Virus record (IMG/VR): IMGVR_UViG_3300021431_000013
Reading direction: 5' to 3' (one strand)
Length of the DNA stretch: 20,000 nt
Source: an uncultured virus (IMG/VR IMGVR_UViG_3300021431_000013)
Lineage: Duplodnaviria; Heunggongvirae; Uroviricota; Caudoviricetes
The notes under the pieces were generated by a model. It was given only the letters and a program-made list of their open reading frames with translations. It was not told the DNA's origin and made no database searches. The stretch's first letter is position 1, and each line of letters starts with the position of its first letter. This document shows positions 7,111 through 15,700 of this stretch, in pieces. The position numbers were made by a program, and so were the translations under genes.

Positions 7111-7297
7111 GAAAGTGTAATCACTTTCGGTGGTTCATTTTTATTTTCTCCTCGACCGGGGTATAAGTATTCGCTTATACCCCTATCGTAGAGGACAGTC
7201 CAGCGTAATGACATATAAAGAACGCACATTCTAACCGCAGACCGTAATGCGGATATAGAAGTAACGGATATAAAAGAATGTAAAGGAGAAATGTAAC
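7111..7297 (+). ncRNA. structured 5' leader of the scaffold gene (two hairpins plus two tandem H-type pseudoknots), candidate cis-regulatory RNA
   Basis: GAAAGTG/CACTTTC (7111-7128); GGGGTATAAG/CTTATACCCC (7158-7183); GTC/GAC with GCGT/ACGC (7198-7225); CCGCA/TGCGG with CCGT/ACGG (7235-7267); ACATTCT/AGAATGT (7226-7232/7275-7281). Confidence 0.65.
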
Positions 7298-7936
7298 ATG
7301 ACAGTGAAGGAACTTTTTGACAAGGCCGAAAATAATACTCTTACTTGGGAGCAGTTTCAAGCGGCTATGGGTAATGCTAAATTCGTTGATTTGAATGAGG
7401 GCGGTTATGTATCTAAACAAAAACATGATGATGAACTTAGTCATCGAGACGCTACGATACAACAATTAAAGGATACTATCGCAACCAGAGATAACGATTT
7501 AAAAGCATTGCAGACAACGTTAAAAGATGCTGGCGATATTGAAGAACTCAAGAAGGCATCTAAAGATTTATCTGATTTACAGAAAAAGTATGACAAAGAA
7601 ACAAAGGCATATGCGGCTCAGTTATCACAGCAGGCATATGAATTTGCAGTCAAAGATTTTGCTAACAGTAAAGAGTTTACAAGTAAGGCTGCAAAAAGAG
7701 ACTTTATACAGTCTATGATTGCAAAGAAACTCCAGTTTGAAGATGGTAGAATTATCGGGGCAGAAGACTTTGTACAAATGTACTCACAAGATAATGGTGA
7801 TGCGTTTAAAGTAGCTGAAGACCCGAAACCCCAGTTTACACAGGGGACACAGAAACAAAAGTCTGAAACGAAACTTACTTTATCTGAAATGATGAAGATG
7901 AAGAACGAAAATCCAGACGCAACTATTGATTTTTAA
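7298..7936 (+). CDS. capsid scaffolding protein (Phage_GP20-like)
   Basis: AAGGAG RBS. GGYVSKQK motif followed by a long coiled coil. Lies directly before the major capsid gene. Confidence 0.85.
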   Translation: MTVKELFDKAENNTLTWEQFQAAMGNAKFVDLNEGGYVSKQKHDDELSHRDATIQQLKDTIATRDNDLKALQTTLKDAGDIEELKKASKDLSDLQKKYDKETKAYAAQLSQQAYEFAVKDFANSKEFTSKAAKRDFIQSMIAKKLQFEDGRIIGAEDFVQMYSQDNGDAFKVAEDPKPQFTQGTQKQKSETKLTLSEMMKMKNENPDATIDF

Positions 7937-7951
7937 TAGGAGGTATAAAAC

Positions 7952-9166
7952 ATGCCGATGCCGCAATTTGATAGTAAAATTTTTAACGGCGAAGTGTTTC
8001 AGAGATACGTAGATAGAGTACCGAATCTGAAACTTAACGAGTTACTTAGGTCCAGAGCAGTTGTTGCTAGACAGGACCTCGCAGGTGCAATGGCAGACCA
8101 GGTTGGTGGTAACTATCTTACTACTCCGCTGAAAGGTCTTATTAGTGGTTCTGTTCCGCTCAACTATGATGGCGTAACTGATATTACTTCCCAGACCACT
8201 CAGACTTTCAGCCACTCTCGTGTTGTTGTTGGTCGTGCCCAAGCATGGACTGAGAAGGATTTCTCTTATGACATCACTGGTGGTGTTGATTTCATGGAGA
8301 ATGTAGCACAGCAGGTTGCTGAATACTGGGATGAAATTGACCAGGCTACTATTGTAGCAATTCTGAATGGCGTATTTGGTATGACTGATACCGAAGGTGC
8401 TAGATTCGTTTCTGAGCATACTCACGATATTTCCACAGTTCAGAATAGTGAAGGCAAGACTGGTTTTATGGATGCAACTTCTCTGAATACGGCTATTCAG
8501 AAAGCAAGTGGTGACCATAAGAACAAATTTACTCTTGCAATTATGCACTCCGCAGTTGCTACTAATCTTGAGAATATGAAGATTCTTGTATATCTCAAGT
8601 ATAACGATGCAAACGGTATGGAACGTGAAACTGGCATGGCTACTCTGAACGGTAGACTTGTTATGATTGACGATAGTATGCCGGTTCTGGAAGACCAGAG
8701 TACAGCTACTTTTTCTAAAACTTCTGATACTACTGTACAGCCGGGTAAGACTTATTACACTCGTACTGGTACATCTGGTAATTATCAGTATCATGTTGTA
8801 GTTAATCCTGTAGATGATAGCATTAACGGCTACTATGAAAAGACCGGTAACGGCGACCCGCTGTATGTAACTTATCTTTTCGGAGACGGCGCTCTTGAAT
8901 ATACTAACTGTGGTGCAAAGGTTCCGGCAGAAATGAGCCGTGACCCGAAGACTAACGGTGGTCAGGATACGCTTTACAACAGACAGAGAAAATGTTGGGC
9001 ACCTTATGGTATTTCCTTTACTAAAGCCCACATGTCTACTCTGTCTCCGACAGATGCAGAACTGTCTGATGGCGATAACTGGGAACTTGTAAATACTGGT
9101 GGTACAAACAAGAAGTATATCAACATCAAAGCTATTCCGATTGCGAGAATTATCTCTAAGGGCTAA
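7952..9166 (+). CDS. major capsid protein
   Basis: AGGAGG RBS. FDSKIFN.EVF..Y..RVPN, NYDG.TDI, GRAQAWTEKDF, IMHSAVATNLE, NGRLV.IDD.MP, TYLFG.GA and RD..TNGGQDTLY.R motifs. Codon usage looks like a highly expressed gene. Confidence 0.93.
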   Translation: MPMPQFDSKIFNGEVFQRYVDRVPNLKLNELLRSRAVVARQDLAGAMADQVGGNYLTTPLKGLISGSVPLNYDGVTDITSQTTQTFSHSRVVVGRAQAWTEKDFSYDITGGVDFMENVAQQVAEYWDEIDQATIVAILNGVFGMTDTEGARFVSEHTHDISTVQNSEGKTGFMDATSLNTAIQKASGDHKNKFTLAIMHSAVATNLENMKILVYLKYNDANGMERETGMATLNGRLVMIDDSMPVLEDQSTATFSKTSDTTVQPGKTYYTRTGTSGNYQYHVVVNPVDDSINGYYEKTGNGDPLYVTYLFGDGALEYTNCGAKVPAEMSRDPKTNGGQDTLYNRQRKCWAPYGISFTKAHMSTLSPTDAELSDGDNWELVNTGGTNKKYINIKAIPIARIISKG

Positions 9167-9197
9167 TATTGTATAATTTGAAAGGCGGTGACGTTTA

Positions 9198-9620
9198 GTG
9201 TATCTTGAATATAATGACTATCAACAGATGGGTGGTACATTAGATGAAACCGCCTTTAACGAATTAGAGTTTGAAGCCCGTGCAATAATAGATTATTGGA
9301 CATTTAATCGACTGAAAAATGAAACTGAGTTTCCAGAAGCAGTCGGACGATGTGTATATAAGTTGATACAGCTAATTAATAATAAAAATATCGCGGAAAT
9401 TCCATTCATAGATACTGGGTATACATCTACAACAACAAATCCCGGCATTGTTAGCGAAAGCAATGACGGAGTATCAACAACATATAATACATTGTCAGCA
9501 CAAGAATCTGTCGATACTATGAAAAAGGAAATGGAAAATGTTGTAAAGATGTATTTAAGTGGTGTGAAAAATTCTTTAGGTCATAGATTATTATATAGAG
9601 GTATATATCCAAATGAATAA
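9198..9620 (+). CDS. head-tail connector/adaptor
   Basis: GTG start. YLEY.DY..MGG, EARAIIDYWTFNR, SESNDGVS and terminal LLYRG motifs. First gene after the capsid. Confidence 0.8.
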   Translation: MYLEYNDYQQMGGTLDETAFNELEFEARAIIDYWTFNRLKNETEFPEAVGRCVYKLIQLINNKNIAEIPFIDTGYTSTTTNPGIVSESNDGVSTTYNTLSAQESVDTMKKEMENVVKMYLSGVKNSLGHRLLYRGIYPNE

Positions 9621-10059
9621 TTATCCTAGATGGTGGAACACTACAATTACAATTTACAACAGATTCGAAGACCCGATAACGAATGTCGTTACATGGTATA
9701 GACATGTAGTTTCTAATTGCTTTTGGCAATATAGTGGAAATAAAATTACTATTGATAAAACAGTACTTGACACTAATAATATTATTTGCCGAATACCAAT
9801 AAGTGAAGAATATTTATCGAAGCATTTATGGCAACAAAAACCAAATGACCAGATGAGCAATTATTTTACATTGGGACAGGGGGATATAATTGTTAGGGAC
9901 GAGGTTACGGATGAAATCAATGAGTATCAATCGAACAAACGTTCTACTGATTTATTAAAGAAGTATAAAGCACTTCAAGGTTGTATGCAGATAGAAGAAT
10001 TTTCTGACAACACGGGCGGAGGACGAGGTAATGAGCATTATTACGTAAGGGGTGTGTAG
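9613..10059 (+). CDS. putative head-closure protein (DUF6751-like)
   Basis: TITIYN..W.R.V, FTL..GDIIV and terminal HYYVRG motifs. Synteny. Confidence 0.65.
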   Translation: MNNYPRWWNTTITIYNRFEDPITNVVTWYRHVVSNCFWQYSGNKITIDKTVLDTNNIICRIPISEEYLSKHLWQQKPNDQMSNYFTLGQGDIIVRDEVTDEINEYQSNKRSTDLLKKYKALQGCMQIEEFSDNTGGGRGNEHYYVRGV

Positions 10060-10060
10060 T

Positions 10061-10606
10061 GTGGCAAATACTGGTCATATACGATTAAGTAATCCGCTAG
10101 ACGGCACTAAATTACAGCGTAGATTATTAAAACTTTTAAATGATAAGGAAGTTAATCGTGAAGTTCATAGACTTCTCGGTGAACGTTGTAATATATATGT
10201 GCCGAAGAAATCTGGTGCATTACGACAGTCTATGAAAGCATATCCTCAATCAGTAAGATGGGAAACACCTTATGCTCATTATCAGTATGAAGGTGAAGTA
10301 TACGGTCCTAATATTCCTGTGTTGGAAGGTGAAGACCCGGCATGGAGAAGCGGAAAAGTTAAATATCCAACCGGCAGACAACTTGGTAAAAAAGGTTCTG
10401 CACTTTTACATCCAATATGGAGAATTGATGAAGGCGAGTATAATCTAGTGGAGCCGGATATTCTTGCTAGTTATAACTTCGGTTACACTACACCGAATAC
10501 TAGTAGTCACTGGCTTGATGAGGCTATGAAAAACGGCGGTCTTAACGCATATAGTAGAGCAGTTACGGCTATGCTGAAACGAAAGGCGAAGGAGTTGAAT
10601 ATATAA
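10061..10606 (+). CDS. minor capsid/neck protein
   Basis: AAGGGG RBS fits GTG 10061. YVPKKSGALRQS, TPYAHYQYEG and HWLDEA motifs. Confidence 0.75.
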   Translation: MANTGHIRLSNPLDGTKLQRRLLKLLNDKEVNREVHRLLGERCNIYVPKKSGALRQSMKAYPQSVRWETPYAHYQYEGEVYGPNIPVLEGEDPAWRSGKVKYPTGRQLGKKGSALLHPIWRIDEGEYNLVEPDILASYNFGYTTPNTSSHWLDEAMKNGGLNAYSRAVTAMLKRKAKELNI

Positions 10607-11082
10607 TGGACAAAAATGAACAGCTTGTAAATTATTTTTTAACTTGTCCGCAGATTAAAGATAGTCCGCTGTATTTTAACTTTATCAAAGCCGAAGATTT
10701 AACCACACAAATTTTAACTGATTCCAATGATATATATGCGATTAGAACATATATAGACGGTTCAGCACTAAAGTTATATAATTTTACTATAATTATGTTT
10801 CGTTCTGTTTCACCCACAGCGATTGCAAAAGTATCTGGATACACTAATGAAAACATTGTTGATTTAGCAGATATTCAAGCACTCATTGATTGGGTGACAG
10901 AGCAGAACGAAATACATAACTATCCAGATTTTGGAGAAAACTGTATTGTTCAGTCTATTAAGTCAACAACAGTGAACCCTATATATAGCGGAATTGATAC
11001 TGAAGTTTCTCCAAATCTTGCAGTATATAATGTAACATTTCAAATTGAATACTTAGATATAAGTAAAAAAATATGGAGGTAA
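10606..11082 (+). CDS. putative tail terminator/completion protein
   Basis: TAATG coupling. YIDGS, WV.EQN...NYP and terminal YNVTFQIEY motifs. Directly upstream of the major tail gene. Confidence 0.65.
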   Translation: MDKNEQLVNYFLTCPQIKDSPLYFNFIKAEDLTTQILTDSNDIYAIRTYIDGSALKLYNFTIIMFRSVSPTAIAKVSGYTNENIVDLADIQALIDWVTEQNEIHNYPDFGENCIVQSIKSTTVNPIYSGIDTEVSPNLAVYNVTFQIEYLDISKKIWR

Positions 11083-11088
11083 TGGAGA

Positions 11089-11625
11089 ATGGCTGTACAG
11101 CAATTTAATCTCGATGCCGGTCAAAGAGCAGAAAGAAAACTGCTTATCACAGTTGCAGAATGGACAGAAGGTTCTGGCTCTACTCCCACTAGAGAAATTC
11201 TTGGTACTCGTACTGAAGATTCTAGTATTGAGTATAATCCGGATATTGAGACTACAACTGATATTCTCGGTATTAACTACACTGACCTTAACAGAACCCA
11301 GCCGCAACAGGATTTTGACCCGTATCTGATTCTCGGTGGCTCTAAACTCGGTGCTAAACTGAATGACATCAGACGCAGAAATGCACTTTCTGAACTGAGC
11401 CAGTTTACAGTTTATATCATCACAGCGTTTGTTGGTGATGCGTCTGCCGGTTATGCCGCAGAAAAGCACACTGGTTGTACTATTACTTATAATAGCATCG
11501 GCGGTGATTCTAATGTAAACTTCCCGATTTCTGTTTACTTTAGTAATAATATCACTCTTGGTACTGTAAATAAACTTGCCGATGACTTTGAGTTTACAGC
11601 TACAAGCGGTACAATCGGCGGTTAA
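11089..11625 (+). CDS. major tail (tube) protein
   Basis: GGAGG RBS. ILG...EDSSIEYNP.IET..DILG and IGGD motifs. Size, position and biased codon usage fit. Confidence 0.8.
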   Translation: MAVQQFNLDAGQRAERKLLITVAEWTEGSGSTPTREILGTRTEDSSIEYNPDIETTTDILGINYTDLNRTQPQQDFDPYLILGGSKLGAKLNDIRRRNALSELSQFTVYIITAFVGDASAGYAAEKHTGCTITYNSIGGDSNVNFPISVYFSNNITLGTVNKLADDFEFTATSGTIGG

Positions 11626-11649
11626 TTAAATTAAAAGGAGGAAATGAAA

Positions 11650-12144
11650 ATGGCTACAAAGAAACCTGTTACGAATGATGTTGTAGATATTTCTCTATCA
11701 GCGATACGGAAAAAACGTATTAGAATTGATGGTGACGATAACAGAATCATTGAATTAAATACGTCAGATTTGAACATTTTGTCCAGACTGAAAGAAGCAT
11801 ATCCGAAACTTGTATCGTTTACACAAGAAGCAGTTGATAAGTGGCCGGATACCGACATTGCTGATAGAGATGATATTTATGATTCACCAGAATTGAACGA
11901 TGTTATCAATATTCTTCAGGACATTGATAAGAAGATGAGGGACCTCATTGATTACATATTTGATTCTAAAGTCGCCGATATTTGTGCCCCCTTTGGTTCC
12001 ATGTACGACCCAGTTAACGGCGAATTTAGATTTGAGCATATAATTAATACGCTGTCCAATCTTTATGAGACTGACTTATCAGCTGAAATGCAGAAAATGT
12101 CAACACGTATCAATAAACACACATCTAAGTATACGGGAAAATAA
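11650..12144 (+). CDS. tail assembly chaperone
   Basis: AGGAGG RBS fits ATG 11650. Acidic helical protein between major tail and tape measure, ending KHTSKYTGK. Confidence 0.7.
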   Translation: MATKKPVTNDVVDISLSAIRKKRIRIDGDDNRIIELNTSDLNILSRLKEAYPKLVSFTQEAVDKWPDTDIADRDDIYDSPELNDVINILQDIDKKMRDLIDYIFDSKVADICAPFGSMYDPVNGEFRFEHIINTLSNLYETDLSAEMQKMSTRINKHTSKYTGK

Positions 12145-12148
12145 AAAT

Positions 12149-12730
12149 ATGTATGAAATACCTACCTCAATTACCATAGACGGTAGAATATTTCAAATAA
12201 GAAATAATGGAGACTACCGAGTGATACTAGACTGCTTTAAAGCCCTTGAAGACGAGGAACTTGAAGCATCTGAGAGGTTGCTTGCTAGTCTCATTATTTT
12301 TTATGAGGATTTTAATTCTATCGAAGATGTTTATAGTATAGATGATTTAAGTAAATTGGTTTCCGAAATGTTCAAATTTTTTAATTGCGGAAACGAAAGT
12401 ATGGGAACAAAAGTTAATCATTCTATTATAGATTGGGAACAAGATTCTCAACTCGTATGTTCTGCAATTAATAAAGTAGCGAATAAGGAAATTCGTAGTG
12501 AGAAGTATATACATTGGTGGACATTTATGGGATATTATATAGCAATAGGTGATTCTCCTCTTTCTACGATTTTAGGCATACGTAACAAGATATTAAGTAA
12601 TAAGAAATTGGAGAAATATGAGCAACAGTTCAGACGAAATAATCCCCAGTATTTTGTTTGGAATAGTCGTTCAATGCAGGAGAAAGAGGCTGATAAGATT
12701 GCAAAAGAAATTTGGAATAGCGGAGGTTGA
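12149..12730 (+). CDS. second tail chaperone (A118 Gp15-like)
   Basis: Likely start MYEIPTSITIDG. IR..DYR.IL, IDWEQD..L, YIHWWTF and ILGIR.K motifs. Precedes the tape measure. Confidence 0.8.
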   Translation: MYEIPTSITIDGRIFQIRNNGDYRVILDCFKALEDEELEASERLLASLIIFYEDFNSIEDVYSIDDLSKLVSEMFKFFNCGNESMGTKVNHSIIDWEQDSQLVCSAINKVANKEIRSEKYIHWWTFMGYYIAIGDSPLSTILGIRNKILSNKKLEKYEQQFRRNNPQYFVWNSRSMQEKEADKIAKEIWNSGG

Positions 12731-12735
12731 TGGTT

Positions 12736-15700
12736 ATGGCTACTTACGATGCTGATATAGGCTTAACTACTAACCTTGAACCGGGTAATGTTATAGCAGC
12801 CGCAGAGAAAATAAATAAGGAAATTGAAGCTGTTTTTAAACATGCCGATGGCATAGATTTATCTAAAAACACTAGTAAAGCACTAGATACCCTTGAAGAT
12901 TTAAGAGTACGACTACAAGATACATTAGCAGAGGTACATGAACTTGCTAATACTCGTGTACCATCACATGATTATGAGGTAATGCTTGATATTGTAGATA
13001 ATGCCAATCGACAGCTTACTGAAACTTCTAATAAAATTGATACACTTATAGATAAACAACAAGAATTGGCACAACAAAAAGTGCCGACACAAGAATATAC
13101 TGACCTAAAAGCCGAAATATCTTATTCAGAAGATGCGTTGACAAGATTACGTGCTAGTATGCAAAAACTTATAGATAAGACAAAAACAGGTAAACCTAGA
13201 AGTGAAAAATTTAAAAAGATGAAAGCCGATGCTGAGGCGCTTGAAATTAAAATTAGTGAACTCAAACAGAAACTTCAAGAATTAGAGGATACAGGAAAGA
13301 ATTTTGAGTCTGGAAGAAATACTCCAGAATTTGCAAATTTAGAAGCACAAATTGAAGCTGAAAATGCTAAATATCAAGCTATCGAACGTACTAGAGCAAC
13401 AGCACAGGCAAAGTTATCTGCAATGGAAAAAACTGGTGCAGACACTATGTCTGGACTTAAATCAGCACAAGCGAAGGAGTTACTTCAATCTTTAAATGAA
13501 ATAACTAATGAAGCTACAGTAGCAACAGAAGCAGTAAGAGGTTTTGGTGAAATACCCGGTATAGATAAAGCTAATCAATCAATGGGTCGGCTTATGTCTA
13601 TAATGACACGATTTTTACAATTAAATGATTCAGCAGAAGGCGAAGATTCTGAAGAAGAAGGAGAAGGAACTCCCGGACTACTTTCTCGTATTGCGTCTAC
13701 AGCCGGGAAAGCCGCAACAAATTTGGCTAAACTTACGTTCGGTGGTCCGTTAAAATTAGTAAAAGCTAGCTTAACTACAATCGCTAATTTAGCAAAGAAA
13801 GCCGCATCTAATCTTGCTAAAATGGCGGGTCGTGCAATAATAAACGGACTTAAAAGTTTAGGAAAATCTATAGCTGGAGTATCAAAACATTCTAGCAGAA
13901 ATAATAGTATTCTTGATAAGGGTTTTAAAACGTTTATCAAATACGCATTTGGTGTTCGTTCATTTTTCTTCCTTTTTAGAAAAATACGAAGTGCTATTAT
14001 TGATGGTTTTGGCGATTTAGCACAAGTACACGAACCGTTTAATAGTGCAATGTCTAGCATCATGACCTCGTTGAATTATTTACGGAACAGTTTTGCTAGT
14101 GCATTTGCTCCTATTATTGAAACTGTCGCACCTGCTCTTACTACATTTATTAATCTTGTTGCTGAAGCTGTAAGTAAAGTTGGTATGCTTATAGCCGCAC
14201 TGACGGGCAAAGAATTTGTACGTGCTTTGCCAGTGCAAAAAGATTATGCTAAATCTGTAGCCGGAACCGCTAAAAATGCAAAGAGTGCTAGTAAAGCAAC
14301 GTCTGAACAGAATAAGAAAACAAAAGAATTACAGCGTACACTTGCAGGATTTGATGATGTTGAAATTCTTCACGAAGACAACGATAATGATACTAGTTCT
14401 CCAGACACAGATGCAAGTGCCGTTGCGGCTCCCGGATTTGGTTCCGGTGCTATAGACAGTGCTGTTAAATCGTTTGCTGGAAAGATTATTGAAGCGTGGA
14501 AAAATGCAGATTTCTATGAAATCGGTAAAATTGTTGGTGAAAAATTAAAAGCCGCACTTGAAAGTATTCCATGGGCAAGGATAAAAGAAGTACTGCGAAA
14601 GATAGCAAAGTCTATAGCTACATTCTTAAACGGCTTCTTAGAAGTTCCTGGATTATTTACTGAAATCGGTAAAACACTTGCAGAAGGTATAAATTCTGCG
14701 TTTGAATTTTTCGATTCGTTTATTAGAAATTTTCACTGGGATAGTCTTGGTAGAGCCATACATGACGGCATTTTAGGCATCACCAGCAATCTTGATTGGA
14801 CTTTAATCTTTAGAACATTCTCGAACTTAGGCAAGGGACTCGCAGAATTTATTAATAATGGATTCACTGACCCAGCGGTTTGGACTGGAATATTTACTAC
14901 TATAGCTAATAAATTTAATGCTATATTGCTTGGCCTTGTATCGTTTGTAAATACAGTAAAGTGGAATGAATTAGCTTCTGCTATTGGAACTGGATTATCA
15001 AATGGTATTGGTACCTTCAAATGGGATACATTAGGTAACTTACTTATTGGCGTAATAAATGGTCTTATAAATAGAACATACGATTTTGTTTCCACGTTTG
15101 ATTTTAAGTCATTTGGTAGTGTACTCGGTGGCAAAGTATCGGGTGCTATAAATGGTATTGATTGGGCAAAGGGTGCCGCAAATGTAGCAAAAACTATAAG
15201 TGGTCTTTTTGAAGCACTGAACGGTTTCATTGAAAGAATCAACTGGAAAGAACTTGGCAAAAAAGTTGTAACTACGATTGCATCATTCCTCGGTAACTTT
15301 AACTGGGCTGCTTTTGGCAGATTTATTTCAAACTGTTTTATAGCATTATGGTCGTTCTTTGCAGGTGTTATTGAAACAATAAAATGGGATGAGATTCCGG
15401 GTAAAATTTTAAAAGTTATCTCAGAATTTCTTACCGGTTTCGATTGGGCAGGAACTGTTCACGCCCTTGGTGAAATATTAGCCGCTGAGTTTAAAACATT
15501 AGTTGATGCGGGCTCTAGTATATTAACAGCCGTTTTTAAAGTTGCCGCAGATATTATTGAAGGCGGGAAAGAAGGCATACTTAATGCACTTACTAATATA
15601 GGAACCTGGATTGTGGATAACATTGTTAATCCGTTTATTGATGGTGTTAACGCTGCTTTTGGAATAGCATCGCCTTCAAAAGAAATGATGCCACTTGGTG

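Noticed and set aside
7158..7183. 10-bp hairpin as a rho-independent terminator for the portal operon
   Set aside because: There is no adjacent U-tract on either strand, and it lies downstream of the predicted promoter.
7175..7465. 96-aa minus-strand ORF across the leader and scaffold start
   Set aside because: It overlaps the scaffold gene and the structured leader, its composition is not protein-like, and the RNA structure explains the region better.
8042..9031. 329-aa minus-strand ORF opposite the capsid gene
   Set aside because: Best explained as a shadow ORF. The capsid's biased codons rarely create antisense stops, the translation has no recognisable motif, and no RBS is evident.
9170..9177. 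TATAAT after the capsid stop as a promoter
   Set aside because: No -35 at a suitable spacing and no TGn extension; likely chance in AT-rich DNA.
9160..11630. A118-style frameshift extensions of the capsid or major tail proteins
   Set aside because: No slippery site at either gene end, and no room for an extra Ig-like frame before the next gene.
12065..12148. Upstream extension of the Gp15-like ORF from ATG 12065
   Set aside because: It overlaps the chaperone gene by 80 nt without an RBS, and family-like sequence begins at MYEIP (12149).
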